Source: Lama guanicoe (Eukaryota). Taken from it: a stretch of DNA of 64,000 nt. The DNA lies in assembly GCA_013239625.1 (NCBI GenBank), contig MU054400.1, forward strand, positions 5,211,802 to 5,275,801. Direction: 5' to 3'. This document shows positions 12,990-26,051 of the stretch, piece after piece. The first letter of the stretch is position 1. Every line of letters begins with the position of its first letter. Both the position numbers and the translations under genes were made by a program. Under the pieces are notes generated by a model. It was not told the origin of the DNA. It did not search any database and saw only the letters and a program-made list of their open reading frames with translations.

Positions 12990-13320
12990 ATTTTTTCTTC
13001 ACTTTCTAATTGAAATATACATCCACGGTAATGAAATATACATCCGATGTAATGCACTATTTGTCCTCATGAAAGCACCACTCAGCTTAATATACAGAAC
13101 ATTCCCACCATCCCAGAAACCTTCCTTCCTTCTCCTCCACTCCATCAGTACTCCCTCCCAAAGGTAACCGTTACTCCATTCTGTATCCCCATAGGTCTGT
13201 TTTGCCTGTTCTTTGATTCATTTAAACGCAATCGTACATTTGTATGTAGTCTTTGGGGTGCGACTTCTTTCACTCACCTGTGAGAGTCCTCTGCTGTTGC
13301 GTGTAGTGGTAGTTCCTCTG
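12990..13320 (-). mobile_element. Old L1 3' UTR fragment (L1MC/ME-like)
   Basis: aattgaaatatacatcc..cagaacattcccaccatcccagaaacc..ggtaaccgttactc..gttttgcctgttcttt. Confidence 0.7.
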
Positions 13321-14374
13321 TCTCCTGCTTTTTTTCTCGGTGCATTGTCTCCCCAAGCAGACATGGAGAAAGGGTATTATGAGCACCAGAAATGGAAGCC
13401 ACCCCTTTTCCACTTGTGGAGTATCTTTTCCTCGTAAAACCCATCCCCTCTGATTTCTCGCAAAGCTTGCCTGGGCACTGCTCTCTCCAGCACCACGTCT
13501 CCTTTAAAAGGAGTCTCTTGGGGACTTGTACGTTTGCCTTGGATGCTGTCAGCATGAAAGAATTTTCCTGAATGCCTCTTCTTTTGGAGATGGGGGAAGA
13601 GGAGAGTGAAAGAGGGATGCTTTCTGGAAGGATATTTTTAGTCAAAGGAGAAAAGCACTGACCAAAGTCATCATTAGGAACTTGAGTCTGGAAGCCAGCT
13701 TTTGGAGCAGAGATTTTAGGTTGCTTTCCTGTGTTCCTCTCCTGCTAACAGTCTCCATTCAGAGCTCAAGGGCACAAGAAACTCACAGCAACTCTGTCCC
13801 TCTTGGGGCTGGGGAACCTGGTTTGAATTTAGTCTGACACTGGGAAGTCTTCCTCCCCCCAAGGCTGTGGGTGGTGGACTGTGCTATCAAAGCCAGCATG
13901 GCTTTCTTTATAAAAACACTCAACTCCAGGACAACTTGAGAGCAGGAATAAAGCTCATGCTTTTCAATGGAGTCTTAAATGAAGATGAAAGGGACTAGTT
14001 ATTCCTGCAAGTATGGTCACGTAGGTAAGTCAGGGATCAACTAGAAAAATTCAGACTATGCAGTTGGTTCTAATGGTTGGCTGCCGTTGTCCCTCCTTTG
14101 GGGGTCTGCTGGTTCTGTGCCTTGTGTCTGCTGGGACAGTGTGCTGGAAGAGTCAGCAGAGACTTAATCAGGAGCTCTTTGCTTGGCAGCTAGAGCAGAT
14201 TGCAAGGGGGCTGATTTGGTCCTCCTCAGGAGCTTCTGTTCAGTCCAGCACCCTTACATGTTTTGTCTGTGGGCATTTAGGACTAAGTGGATGAACCCCT
14301 GAAATCCATTGCCTCTAACATCAGATGAACAACCTTGAATTTTGCAATATTTATTGCTAACAACTTTAGAAAAT

Positions 14375-14605
14375 GTTACTAAGTTTATTGAGGAATTTCT
14401 ACATCCCCAGCCTTCACGGGAGGCTTTGAGGGTATAATTTCAATTATTCCCCACAGGACCTGGGGAGATAGGTAAGGTTATGCCCATTTTGCAGGTGAGT
14501 AAATTGAGGATTAGAGAATTTTAATAACCTGCTAGTAAGTAACAGGTAGTAAATAGTAGGGCTGAGATTGAACACTAGGTCTCCCAGATTCCAAAGGCTG
14601 TGTAA
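14375..14605 (-). mobile_element. MIR SINE
   Basis: tgcccattttgcaggtgagtaaattgaggattagagaattt..gggctgagattgaacactaggtct. Confidence 0.75.
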
Positions 14606-15544
14606 CACCAGCTACCTTTTAAAGATAACCTGTCGCCTGTCCATGTCAGCCCTCTTGTCAGCCCTTGCCTTCCCCTCACCCCAGCACATGCTCTTCAGTG
14701 TTTGTCCAATCAGTGACTGGGTTTTGAACAGCTGAAATCTGCAAGTAGCTTGTCACTTATTTTGATCTTAGCTAGTCGTTGAAGTGTCACTGTAACATGA
14801 TTATATTTTATTAAAGGAATTTTTAAAAACATTTATAACCATAGAGCATAATGGAGAACATTCTGATAGACAATAAGGAGACGTTGGTTTCAACTTTAAT
14901 GTCCCCATGAATCAAAACAAGCTGTGAGACCTTGAATACAGACTTAATTTCTGTGTGCCTTGCCCTCATTTGTGAAACGAGGACGTTGAAGTATGTGATT
15001 ACTGATGTCTCTACCTGTTGCAAAAACATGGGCCTCTGTGACTTTTTCGGTTTTGTTTTTGTGATTCTGAAATGGCTTCAGAGTACAAATATTTCTTAAA
15101 GGAGCCTTAATTACTAAATGCAAATCAAGAGAAATGGATAACATTGGGGCTTTCAGAATTTTTGGAAAAGATGTAAGTTCTTTACTCTTCCAAGTAAAGC
15201 TGCATTTTCCATTGCACTTCCCAATCCATCATTCTCACCAAAAGAAAAGTGTATAGTTTCTTTAATAATTTCACGTTGGAGCTTAGATTCCTTGCGGGTC
15301 TGGCAAGCTTTAATCCTGGATGTAAAATATTGCCAACGGCCAACCTCAGGTTGCCAACCTAAATATAAATCTCTCCTTGTTCAGTGTATGAATGTATAAT
15401 GTAAACTGTTTTATTAAATTATACCTGGTACTACTAAATAGAATTAAAATGCTGTTGAGCAACTCTGAAAGTAAGAAATAAGACGATATTATGGTCCAAT
15501 TAGTTAAGAAGATGCTGAAAGAAAATTTTATTGCATCCTTTTAG

Positions 15545-15647
15545 ACCTAATAAAGAGAAAACGGGCCACGTGAGTGACTCAGGATCATCTGTCATCAAAC
15601 ATGGGCTCAATCCGGAGAAGGTCTTCATGCAGGTTCATTACCTGAAG
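15545..15647 (+). CDS. AOPEP: AOPEP coding exon, 103 nt: (R)PNKEKTGHVSDSGSSVIKHGLNPEKVFMQVHYLK
   Basis: Acceptor ttgcatcctttttag|A, donor AAG|gtaagc. Peptide is visible in ORF-track 15531..15731. Starts with the last base of a split codon and ends in phase 0. Confidence 0.96.
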
Positions 15648-16294
15648 GTAAGCACACCTGAGTGGCAGAAGGCAGTTACCACGATGCAGCACTTTTTAGC
15701 TTTTACGTGTAAAAATAGTGAAGGTGAGTAACGAGGTTGGGGCCAAACGAAAAACCCGTCAACATTGTAGTGACATTTGACTTAGATACCTGACTGTCCA
15801 ATCATTAAAGCATTTCGTACCCAAAAAATGAGGCATGAGTCAAAGGAAGCTGAACGATTCCCCTCGGTACCTCCCGTCTCCCTGCTTCACGTCAGCTTTG
15901 AAGGGCAGAATCTTAAAACTGCTGTCAGGTTCCAACGGGAAGACGGGAGTAATAAGGAAGTATTTTAGGCTGTAAAGGCCTTTCCTGACAGCTGAGGGGG
16001 AGAGGAGCTGGACCGCTCTTCCCTTGTGGTCCGAGATGGACATCGGGCTTCACGTAAACCAGGGAACGACAAGCTGGTGAGACCATTGACAGGTGGGTTG
16101 AAAGCAAAGCAGCTGATCCTGAAGTTCCAGACCCAGCCTTACTACCAAGAATGTAAAGGGCTGCCTGGGACGAGTCAGGTAGAGCATCCTAGATGTGCAT
16201 AAAGCTCTGGTGGGTAAGTTAGTGTTGGCTTTGTGAGCATTTTTCTGATGAACCCACAATAGGCATCTCTTTAAATTCTTCTTCCTTTCTTCAG

Positions 16295-16402
16295 GGCTAC
16301 TTCCTTCTCCGGTTCCTCGCCCAGAGACTTGGAGATGACACCTATTTTTCATTTTTAAGAAAGTTTGTGCACACATATCACGGGCAGCTGATTCTTTCCC
16401 AG
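16295..16402 (+). CDS. AOPEP: AOPEP coding exon, 108 nt: GYFLLRFLAQRLGDDTYFSFLRKFVHTYHGQLILSQ
   Basis: Acceptor cttcctttcttcag|GGC, donor CAG|gtaatt, phase 0-0. With the previous exon it forms YLKGYFLL, the M1-family Y-x-K-G motif region. Confidence 0.96.
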
Positions 16403-17649
16403 GTAATTTATGAGTCCTCACGAGTCCATGATATACACCTGGAGGGGGTGTGGCATGTGGCAGCTAGATTATGTGAGTGTGAAAGAGGAGGGGAAAGATT
16501 TACGGTTTAATACGATAGGAAAAATAGGAAGTTAATGGAGTGGACACAAGGCATTGTTGTTTTTGGGAGGGCAATCTCCCTGTGGTTTAGGACAGACTGT
16601 AACCCAGAGCTGTCCTGTGCGCAGTGATGTGGGGAGTTGCGCCTTAAGGGGCCTTGAAAACAAAAACAAAACAGTCGTGCCGTCCCCTCTGCCTGGAATG
16701 AGCTTTGCAAGGCTGGCTCCTCCTCATCCTTGGTCTCGGCTTCAGTGCTTCCATCTCGGAGACACTCCAGCTAAAGAGATGTGCATCCACCCTCTTCTCC
16801 TCCGTCCTTTGCGCTTTTAGTTACCTTCATTGCTGTCACCACCGTTTTAATTACGTTTTCCTTTATGGGTCCATTTGTTTCTTTTCTGTCTCTTCCATTT
16901 TATGGATACGCTCAGCAGGGCTAGACCACGCTCTCTGTTTCACCAGTATTTAGTAATGATTCACACGCCGTGCACCCACCGTATGTATTTGATAAACAAA
17001 TAGATTAAAGACAAGATACACTGAAGTAGTCAGACAGCCTGGCCACAGAAGTGCCGGAGGAAGACTCTGTTTACACGGGTGTGGGGCCGAGCTGCACTCA
17101 GTGAGAAAGTTAACAGAGAGGCGGAGGCTCTGAAAACAGTGCTCGTAGCTGATGGAGAATAAAGGATGTGCTGTCTCAGCACAGAATGGACGGATGTGTG
17201 TTTTTGATATTAGACTCTTGTGCTCATACGCAGTTTTAAAGTCGCATTGTCCACGACGTTCAGCGTACAGGATGTGCGTGTATGATCTGAGCACGTATGC
17301 AGGGAATAGCGTGCGTGTAACAAGACTGGATGGCCATTATTCCTCATCTCCACGTTCTTTTTATTCTTTCACTTGAGGGGAGAGGAGGTCTTCCTAAACA
17401 GTGTTTGGAAGGGCAGCTTGAAAGCTGGCTCAGGAGTCTTCTAGGACTGGCTGGCTGAACAGCCCAAATGCCCATGGCTAAAAACCACTTCTCACCAATA
17501 TACTGTAGCGTTAAAGGAGCTCGTTGCGTTTCCCGTGAGTTCTGAGGTTCTGCTGTCAACTTCCCATGGAACACTCCGTGCTCCCTCCTCCAGATCATTC
17601 CATTTTCCTTCTGTTTACTTCTTTTGAATTACAGTTTTGTTGTTTTTCG

Positions 17650-18025
17650 AAAAAACAGCTTTATTGAGGTATAACTCACATACCATGAAATTCGCCCTTT
17701 TCAAGTGTACAAGTCAGTGGTTTTGGGTGTATTCCCGAAGTTGGGCAACCATCACCACTCTAATTCCAGAACATTTTCATCACCCCCAGAAGAAACCCCA
17801 AATCCATTAGCAGTCACTGCCTCATATCCACCTCCCCTCAGTCGTAGGCAACCACTAACCCACTTTCTGTCTCTACGCATTTGCCTATTGTGGACATTCC
17901 GTATAAATGGAGACATTTATACAAATGGAGGCCAGTAAGATGTGGCCTTTTGTGACTGGCTTGTTTCACTGAGCATAATGTTTTCAACGTTCATGTTGTA
18001 GTGTGCATCAGTACTTCATTCCTCT
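17650..18025 (-). mobile_element. L1MB-like 3' UTR fragment
   Basis: Reverse complement closely matches 7070-7350 (for example ggggtgatgaaaatgttctggaattag). Confidence 0.9.
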
Positions 18026-18029
18026 GTTT

Positions 18030-19310
18030 TTATTTCACTTTTTACCTGTTAAATTGTGATAAAGTACACATAAGAAAATACACCATTTTCACCATTTTTA
18101 AGTGTACAGTTAGTGCATTAAGTACACTCACATTGTTGTGCAATTCTCACCACCACGCATCCCCAGAACATTTTCATCTTCCCCAAATGAAACTTGTATC
18201 CATTAAACAATAACTCCACATTCTTCCCTCCCCCAAGCCCCTGGCAACCACCATTCTATTTTCTGTCTCTGACTTCGACATGGGTACCTTAATGCAAATG
18301 GAATAATACAATATTTGCCCTTTTGTATTATTGGCTTCTTTCACTTAGCAAAATGTCTTCAAGGTCCATCCATGTTATAGCATGAGTCAGAGTTTCCTTC
18401 CTTTTTAAGACTCAGACATTGTCTGTGTATATACCACACTTGGTTTATCTAGTCATCTGTTAATGGACACTTGGGTTATCTACACCTCTTGGCTCTTGTG
18501 AGTAGTGTTGCTGTGAATGTTAGTGTACAAATATCTGTTTGAATCACTACTTTCAATTCTTTTGTGTATATACGTCAAAGTGGAATTGCTAGGTTATATG
18601 ATAATTCAGTTTTTTGAGCAACTGCCATACTGTTTTCCACAAGGGTTGCACCATTTTACATTCTCACCAGCAATTCACAAGGGTTCCATTTTCTCCACAT
18701 CCTCACCAACATTTATTGTTCTGCTTTTTTTTTTTTATAATAGCCATTATGGTGGGTGTGATGGATGTGAAGTGGTATCTCTTTGTGGTTTTAATTGCGT
18801 TTTTCTGGTAGCTAATCATATTGAGCATTTTTTCATGGACTTACTGGCTATTTGTGTATCTTTTGGGGGGAAATGTCTATTTAGGCCCCTTGCTGATTTT
18901 TTTATTTGGGTTGTCTTTTATTATTGAGTTGTAAGGGTACTTTACATATTCTAGATTCAAGTCCTTTATCAGATTTATGATTTGTAAAATTTTTTTGCCT
19001 GATTAAAATTACTCCTATGTTTTGTTCTAAGAGCTTTGTAGTGTTAGCTCTTATATTTAGGCCTCATCCATTTCGAATTAATTTTTGTGTAGGGTGTGAG
19101 GTAGATGGTCCCACTTCCTTCTTTTGCATGTGGATATCCAGTTGTCTCATGACCATCTGTCAAAAAGACTATATTCTCTCCCTCCATTATAGTGGCTTGG
19201 CACCCTTGTTGGAAATCAGTTGACCATAAATATAAGAGTTTTTTGTGGACTTTCAATTCTATTCTATTGATCTCTAGTTTTGTCCTTTTGCCAGTCTCAT
19301 AGTTAGTTTC
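18030..19310 (-). mobile_element. Second L1 (L1MA/MB-like): 3' UTR plus ORF2 end
   Basis: A new 3' end at about 18030, then typical antisense L1 (gtggaattgctagg..ccatactgttttccac..tttgcatgtggatatccagttg). Minus ORF remnant LTPYTKINSKW. Confidence 0.9.
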
Positions 19311-19799
19311 AAAATTGTTGCTTTTTCACCTGACACTCATAAAAAAAATTTAAGCAATATCAAAGGGTACAAAGAGAATGTAAAATATCATTCTAAATCT
19401 CACAATCCATGATTATCTACCATTAAAATTAGGTGAATGTCATTTGAGAAACTGCACTGTTTCTTTCTTTCTATATATTATATATGATACACATACCTGT
19501 GTGTATATGGGTTATAGTACATATAGATGTCTGTGTATGTTTATAAACATGTATAGATACAGGGATGTATTTAGAAATAATTCTATAAAAATAGAATTAT
19601 ATGTGCTTTTTAATGAAATGTTTTAAATTTTATTTTACTTGATTTTAGCAAGTGAAAGAGAAACTAAAGTGAATATGAAAGACTTTCTTGAACTTCAAGT
19701 AAATGTAAGAAAGATCATTTCCTAAAAGACTCTTCTCTGGTTAAGAATCACAATTACCAAAAAAACCAAAAAAACAAAAAAACCCCAAAAAAACTCTTT

Positions 19800-19979
19800 T
19801 TACCTTGTTTTTTTAATTGAAATATAGTTGATTTACCATGTTGTGTTAATTTCAGGTGTACAGCATAGTGATTCAGTTATTCATATATATACTCTTTTTT
19901 TCAGGTTCTTTTCTGCTATAGGTTATTATAAGATATTGAGTATAATCCCCTGTGCTATACAGTAGGTCCTTGTTTGTAT
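19800..19979 (-). mobile_element. Short cetartiodactyl/camelid-type L1 3' end with TSD
   Basis: tttttaattgaaatatagttgatttac..cccctgtgctatacagtaggtccttg, flanked by AAAAACTCTTT at 19789-19799 and 19980-19990. Confidence 0.85.
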
Positions 19980-20029
19980 AAAAACTCTTTCAGAGGAGGT
20001 TCAAATTGTTACCTTTTTCTCTTTAGGTA

Positions 20030-21400
20030 TATATTTCATTTTTAGAAAGCTTCAGTTTATTCACTGATGTAAAAGATCAGGAAATCAGTAGTTAAGTATT
20101 TCTCCTACTTTTCACCCAATTCTAGATTTTTCTTAATTAATATTTTTACCCAGTTAAGGTTTATATCATTAAAATGTGTGTTGTAGCTATAATTTTCACA
20201 GTTGTAAAGTCCTCGCTCTGTATTTAAAGGATATTGATATTCACCTCCAGTCATGTCACCATGCTTCCATATTCATGAGTGCTTTATTTTGATTCAGTTC
20301 TTTGTTGGTTAAATTTAATTATGAAGTTGATGTTCAAGGTGCTTGAAAATGTTTGTCTGTTACCTTTATATTTGAATTACAAACTGACTGGATATAATAT
20401 TCTTGGGCCATATTTTCATTGCCCCAGAACTTTGTGGCTATGGCTCAACTGCCTTCTGGCATTAAATACTGCTGTTGAAACTTTTGAAGTCAGCCAGTTT
20501 TTCCCTCTTTCTACCACTCAGGTAACAGAAGAATTCTTTCTTTACCTTTGATGTTTAGAAATTTAATCAAAAAATGGCTTGTTGTCTGTGAGTCTGCAAA
20601 TTTTTTTTCCTGGAAAACAGTGTGCATTTTCAGTCTTAGTGTCTATCCTTTTTTCTTTCCATAAAATTGTCTCAATTGTATCTTTGAACACATTCCTTTT
20701 TTTCCCTTGCAGGGTTCTGAATTTCAAGGTTACCAGTTATCCTTATGTTATGTCCTGTTTGTCCTCCATACTTATTATTTTCTAGTTGCTTTTGTCATTT
20801 TGTTCTTCATGACATATGTTTATCTCAAGCAATATTATTATCTTTATTATTATTAATGTTATGATTATAACATTATTGTCGATTTTTTTTCTCTAATGTC
20901 TGTTCTTTTCCTTGATGTTTCTATTTAATTAATACTCCAATAGTGGTAGTCCTTTTTTAAGGACCCAAATAATGCTTTGCTTTGAAATATCTCTTTTCAT
21001 CTCATTTTATTGTTTTGTCATCTTGTCTTTGAGCTTTCATTTTACTGAATTTATGTTCCCATTATTTTCTTTTAATTTATATTTTAGTGTAAAACATTTG
21101 TGGAGAATTTTCTTCTGTTCCTTAGATTATGTTTTCTTCAAGACTGGATTCTTTGTCTTTTATGTTATGCTTCTTATTTCTGTCTCTCTCTGTGGGTTTT
21201 TGTTGTGTTCGTTTGCACAGTTACCATACTTCTTTTCTTGCTCCTTCTCAGCATGAGATGAACTGTCCTGACTGTATATTTATTCTCATTGTATTGGAAC
21301 ATTATCCTTGATTTCTTTCCCTACTTGTCTCAGACATGTTTTTCTTCCTCTCTGAGCTATGGTTTGAAACTTGGATATTATGCATGGAAGGAGTGGAGGG
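20030..21400 (-). mobile_element. Very old, T-rich antisense L1-like (L1ME/HAL1) fragment
   Basis: Strong T skew with motifs such as ctggatataatattcttgggccata and gccttctggcattaaatactgctgttga. Confidence 0.55.
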
Positions 21401-22355
21401 GAGGAGCTCCAGTGGATCTGTGTACAGCCTTTGTTGCAAGAATTTAGCTCCACCAACTCTTGAAATTTTGTTAAATGTCCCCAGCCAAGATTCTCTTCAT
21501 CTAATTCAGGTGCAGTTTTTTTCCACTGCAAGTACTCTCTCAATTAATATTGTTCCTCCAATTCATCTTGAAGCCCTAGAACCTAAATAGTTCATGAGCG
21601 TGTCATCCTTGGTTGTTTATTTCTTCAGTTTTATTCATCTCACTTGAGCAAACATTTTCACAGTCAAAAAAAAAAAAGAGGAAAAATTAAGATATTCCGG
21701 TTTCTTTCCAATAGTGTGGGTATTTGGGAGAATTTGTGGGGTTTGGGCAACTCACCAGTCCCACTACCGCTAAGCGTGAGGGAGGGGGCGACACAGAGGG
21801 AGGGTTGGAGGCTGTGTTGGAATCTTACGTTTCTTTCTTTAGTTGTGTCTTTTAAGTTTATGCCACAGGCTTTGCTTCTTTTCTTGTTTGGATGCTGTTA
21901 GTGGAGTTTTGGCTGACTTTTTTTTTAATGGATTGTGTTTTTGTTTATGTTGCTAGTTAGTTATTGATGAGGAAGTCCATGATTCAGTTTCTTTATTAAG
22001 AAGTTCTTCAATTTCTTCTTCTTTCAACCGACTTTTGAATTCTTTCCTTTCTGAACATCCCATCTGCCCAGCATTTCAGAAGTTATCATCTTTCTACTTC
22101 CCAACTAAAACTTCTTTCTTGAGCTTAACAATGACTTGCTCCTGACCATTTCATTTCTTCTCAGTTCTTATCCTGCCAACATTGTCCTTATTTCAACATT
22201 TTGATTTTTGTTTTGCCTCACCTACTTCCTCTTCCCCATGACCATGGTGATTGTTCATAAAACATCTGACAGAAATTCCTAATCCATGTAATTATCAAGC
22301 CAGAGTCACAGTCAGGTTATCCAGTAGAATCAATATGCACCTGCTTTTTACTGAA

Positions 22356-22394
22356 TACTACAAAATAATTACCAGTACTACAAAATAATTACCA
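22356..22394. repeat. Tandem duplication, period 20 bp (TACTACAAAATAATTACCA x2)
   Basis: Identical 19-mers at 22356-22374 and 22376-22394. Confidence 0.9.
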
Positions 22395-24460
22395 AATTAG
22401 CCATGTGCCAAAATCAGTGTAGTTTTTTTTTTTAATCTTAATCCTTAATTTAGTGTTGTTAGGTGATAATCAAAATAAGCTGTCTGGGACTGACCTAATT
22501 AGCATATAGATTATTAGGAGAATAGAAAATGAACAAAAAATTCCCAAGGAATGTATTTTTTTAACTAGGCATGAGCTTGTAACAACTGTCAAGGATCCAG
22601 ATAAATTTTCACCCCACCCCCACGTCGAAATGGCAGGATTATTGTTTCTGCTTTTGGTTAACTTGGTTTTTTCAGGCTCTAGTGGTGACAAACTGGGAAC
22701 CCTAGTATTTGTTGCTAAATGACGTTGTGATCCTAGATCAACATCAATGTCCTAAGTCTGCCATTGATGCTAGCATCATCCTTGAAGGAAAGCCCTCCTT
22801 GTCCAATTGAGATTTGTAAGTTGCTTTTATAAAAGTGCCAGCACACTGAAGGGAAGAGTGAAGACAGAGGAAAGAACTCAAAACGGGCAGCAAGGAAAGG
22901 AATAGTCTTAAGACACGTCTTTCTCTTTATGTCACTCTGTTGTGGAGAATGAGGAAAAGCTTCTATGATGAGTCCATTCAAGGGACATATGCCAATTTAT
23001 GAGTAGAACTAGGAAAACTAGCATTTTGTGGTTAAGATTATATCTATGAAAGGAATAAGAAGGGCCAGTTGATTGATTCCGCTGATGGGACAAAGACTGC
23101 CTGGATGAGACCAAGTGTCTTTGTGATTGAATGGAGCACAGGGCAGAAGAATATCTAGCCCTGTAGACAAGGATTCCCATAGCCTCTAAGGCATCATGTC
23201 TTAGAGATGCTTGAAGCACTGAGTTTTTGTGATCAGTTTGCTCCCCTAGCTCCACCATCCCCAGCACTGGTTGGCAGCCTCCAGCTGGCTGCTGTGTGCC
23301 TCCAGTTCTCAGCTCCGGGCAAGAAGAGGCAGATGCCCCCTGCTAAGAAATGGAACAGTTATCTTTCTTAAAAAATGAAGCAGGGTTTCTTGGGGACCTC
23401 CTGCACTTGTATTCACACAAAATTCTGAAACATTTGTGCTCTGCATTTCTGTAAAGAAAGATCCAATTGTAATTGGAAAATGCAAAAGGGCAGAATTAAG
23501 GTTAACGCTGGATTTCCTGCTTCTCATGCAATTAAATTCTCCCCCTTGCCACTGAGTTAATGTAATTTCCCCCCCACATAATTGAACATAAATTACTGGA
23601 CAAATATGGGGTAAGTTGATATGGACTATAAGGAGATAATGAAGTAAAATTAGTAAGAAATTACAATTACAGTACGTGGATTTTTAAAAAGCAGGAATTC
23701 TGTCATTATGCCAATGAAATATCTGCACAGTAATCTAATAATATATCAGATTGTGCAAAGTTAATTTCTAATTCAACTTTCTTTTTTACAAAATAACTAT
23801 TAAATTAATAAAAAATAATGACTCTAAGAACCTCAATCAAAAAATAATTCTTTGGAGTCTAAATATTACTCTGTTTCCTTTGGTATTTTCCCTCCATATA
23901 GCCACTACAGGTGCAAGGAAGGACTTCAGATGGGAGGCATTATTCTATTTGGATTTGCCCCCTTGCATTTTGACTGATACATCTTTTTAATATTAATTTT
24001 GTTACATTTCAATCATTCATTTTGGGTGAAGCAGCAATAGGCAAGTAAGGTCTTAGAAGGAGAAGAGAGGTTGCAAGAAATAAATCTTTCATTCGCACTC
24101 TTAATAGGGAGACTTTGCCTCTGGAAGAAGTGGACCTAACCACCCAGAAACACACAGAAAGGGACGGCTGTAGGAACGGCTACACTTAGTGCCAGGATAG
24201 AGAAAGAACACCTTGTCATACAAATTGTTTGCAGATTTCTCTTCCTCTGTAATTCCATCTGTTTGTAATACGGGGATCTGCACTGCTGCTTCCACCTCAC
24301 ACTCTGAGTTAAATGGATCTCATCAGAGCTCTGGTCTGGCCTGCAGACTTGGTGTGCTGGGGGCTTCAGTCTGGAGGGACACTCATTTGGCAGTGTCCTA
24401 TTGGATCGTCTGTGCTTATACGTGTGCCCTCTTACAAGGACCAATTTAAAAGTTTATTTT

Positions 24461-24700
24461 ATTGGGAGTTCGAGATTTGTACATACTAAGTACTATATAT
24501 AAAATAGGTAAACAACAAGTTTCTTCTGTATAGCACAGGAAACTATATTTCAGTGTCTTGTAGTGACCTATAATGAAAACAAATATGAAAATGAACATAC
24601 GTATGTATATGTAAGACTGAAGCATTATGCTGAACGCTAGAAATTGACACATTGTAACTGACTATACTTCAATTAAAAAGTTAAAAAACAATAACAATAA
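24461..24700 (+). mobile_element. Camelid-type L1 3' end with TSD
   Basis: ctgtatagcacaggaactatat..acattgtaactgactatacttcaattaaaaa plus an A-rich tail. TSD AAAAGTTTATTTT (24448-24460) / AAAAGGTTATTTT (24701-24713). Confidence 0.88.
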
Positions 24701-24864
24701 AAAAGGTTATTTTCCATTTATTAAAAGAAAACCTTCAAATGTAGATCTTTTTTATTGTTCAATATCAAGGCCCTAGAAAGTTAAATATTGTTCTTGTTTG
24801 TTTCATGTTCTGTATTTATCCAAAATGTATCTTATCCAACCTTCAGATGAGGGAGAGTTGACAC

Positions 24865-25021
24865 TAGGCTTGTTTACTCATTTGGCAAATAAAAATGCAC
24901 AGCCCCATTTAACTTAGAATTTCAGATAAACAGCAAATAATTTTTTAGTGTAGGTATGCCCCCAGTTACATTGAGAGCATACTTACACTATAAAAATCCT
25001 ATATTTTATCTGACAAACCTA
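24865..25021. mobile_element. MER53-like hAT MITE, internally deleted
   Basis: tagg...ccta termini and core gaatttcagataaacagcaaataattttttagtgtaggtatg. 8-bp TSD GTTGACAC (24857-24864) / GTTGAGAC (25022-25029). Confidence 0.8.
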
Positions 25022-25129
25022 GTTGAGACCAAATCAAGATTCCAGAATTATATGGGGTGAAAAGATTGGTCACAATATTCAAGGTGCAAATTAAATATAA
25101 ATGTGATTTTTGAACATTCAAGTGTGAAT

Positions 25130-25360
25130 ATTTTTTAGGTCTTATGGAATTGTGGTTATGTTTTAAGAGTCCTTATCTTTTAGTGACGTTCACTGAAACA
25201 TTGACTGATGAAATTATATAATTACTTCTAATTAATACAGACGGCAGGTAAGTGGATAGAGTAGAGTGGCTGTGAGTTAATGGTTACATGAAGGTTAATT
25301 ATATTTTTTTGCTACTTTTAAATGTGTTTGAAATTTTCCATTTTCCATAGTAAAAGATAA
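25130..25360 (+). mobile_element. Old L1 3' end (L1MC/MD-like)
   Basis: ttgtggttatgttttaagagtccttatctttt..ggttacatgaaggtt..tgtgtttgaaattttcca. Confidence 0.65.
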
Positions 25361-26007
25361 AGTGGGTATGTATGCAAGTCATGCCTTTAGATTAGAAACA
25401 AAATCTATTTTTGAAACATCATAAACGTCAAACAATTGAGGACTTGCGCAGTGACTCTGGAAGAGGCTGCAGATAGAGGCAGGGGCCTGTGAACTATTTT
25501 TGGAATTGTGACATCTTTGTTCCCCAATCGGGATATTAATTGTCTTGATTTTTGTCTTTATCTTTTCGTAGAGCAATGCAAAGAAAGCCACTAGTTATGT
25601 TAGCCTCTCAGAGTTGAGATTATTCTGTGTGTTATAGGATCTCTAGGGAAAGCTCATGTAGGGGAGAACATGGTTACATAGAGACGGATGGTGCTTTAAT
25701 GCTATGGCCAGCGTTTTGAAAATAGTCAAACATGAAATGAAATAAACTGTTGGGTTAGGTCAAAATAACAAACATTACTCTTTTTTCAATTTGTTTGTGG
25801 TTTTCACAAAAATAAATCTCTTTAACTGATTGGACTGAAGCCCTGGTAAATTAATAAACTGAGTATATAGCCTAATAATTCAGTGTCGGCCTATCTTCCC
25901 TAGCAGGTGATCTGTCAGCAGCTGGGAACACTCAGTCTCTGGCACGACTCCGGGCAGGGTTATTTATTGATGGACATCTTTAATGATTTGCTTTTTTCTT
26001 ATTCCAG

Positions 26008-26051
26008 GATTTCCTTCAAATGCTGTTGGAGAACATCCCAGAAGAAAAAAG
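26008..26051 (+). CDS. AOPEP: AOPEP coding exon, 44 nt: DFLQMLLENIPEEK(R)
   Basis: Acceptor cttttttcttattccag|GAT, donor AAG|gtgagg. Phase 0 to phase 2, complementary to the next exon. Confidence 0.95.
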
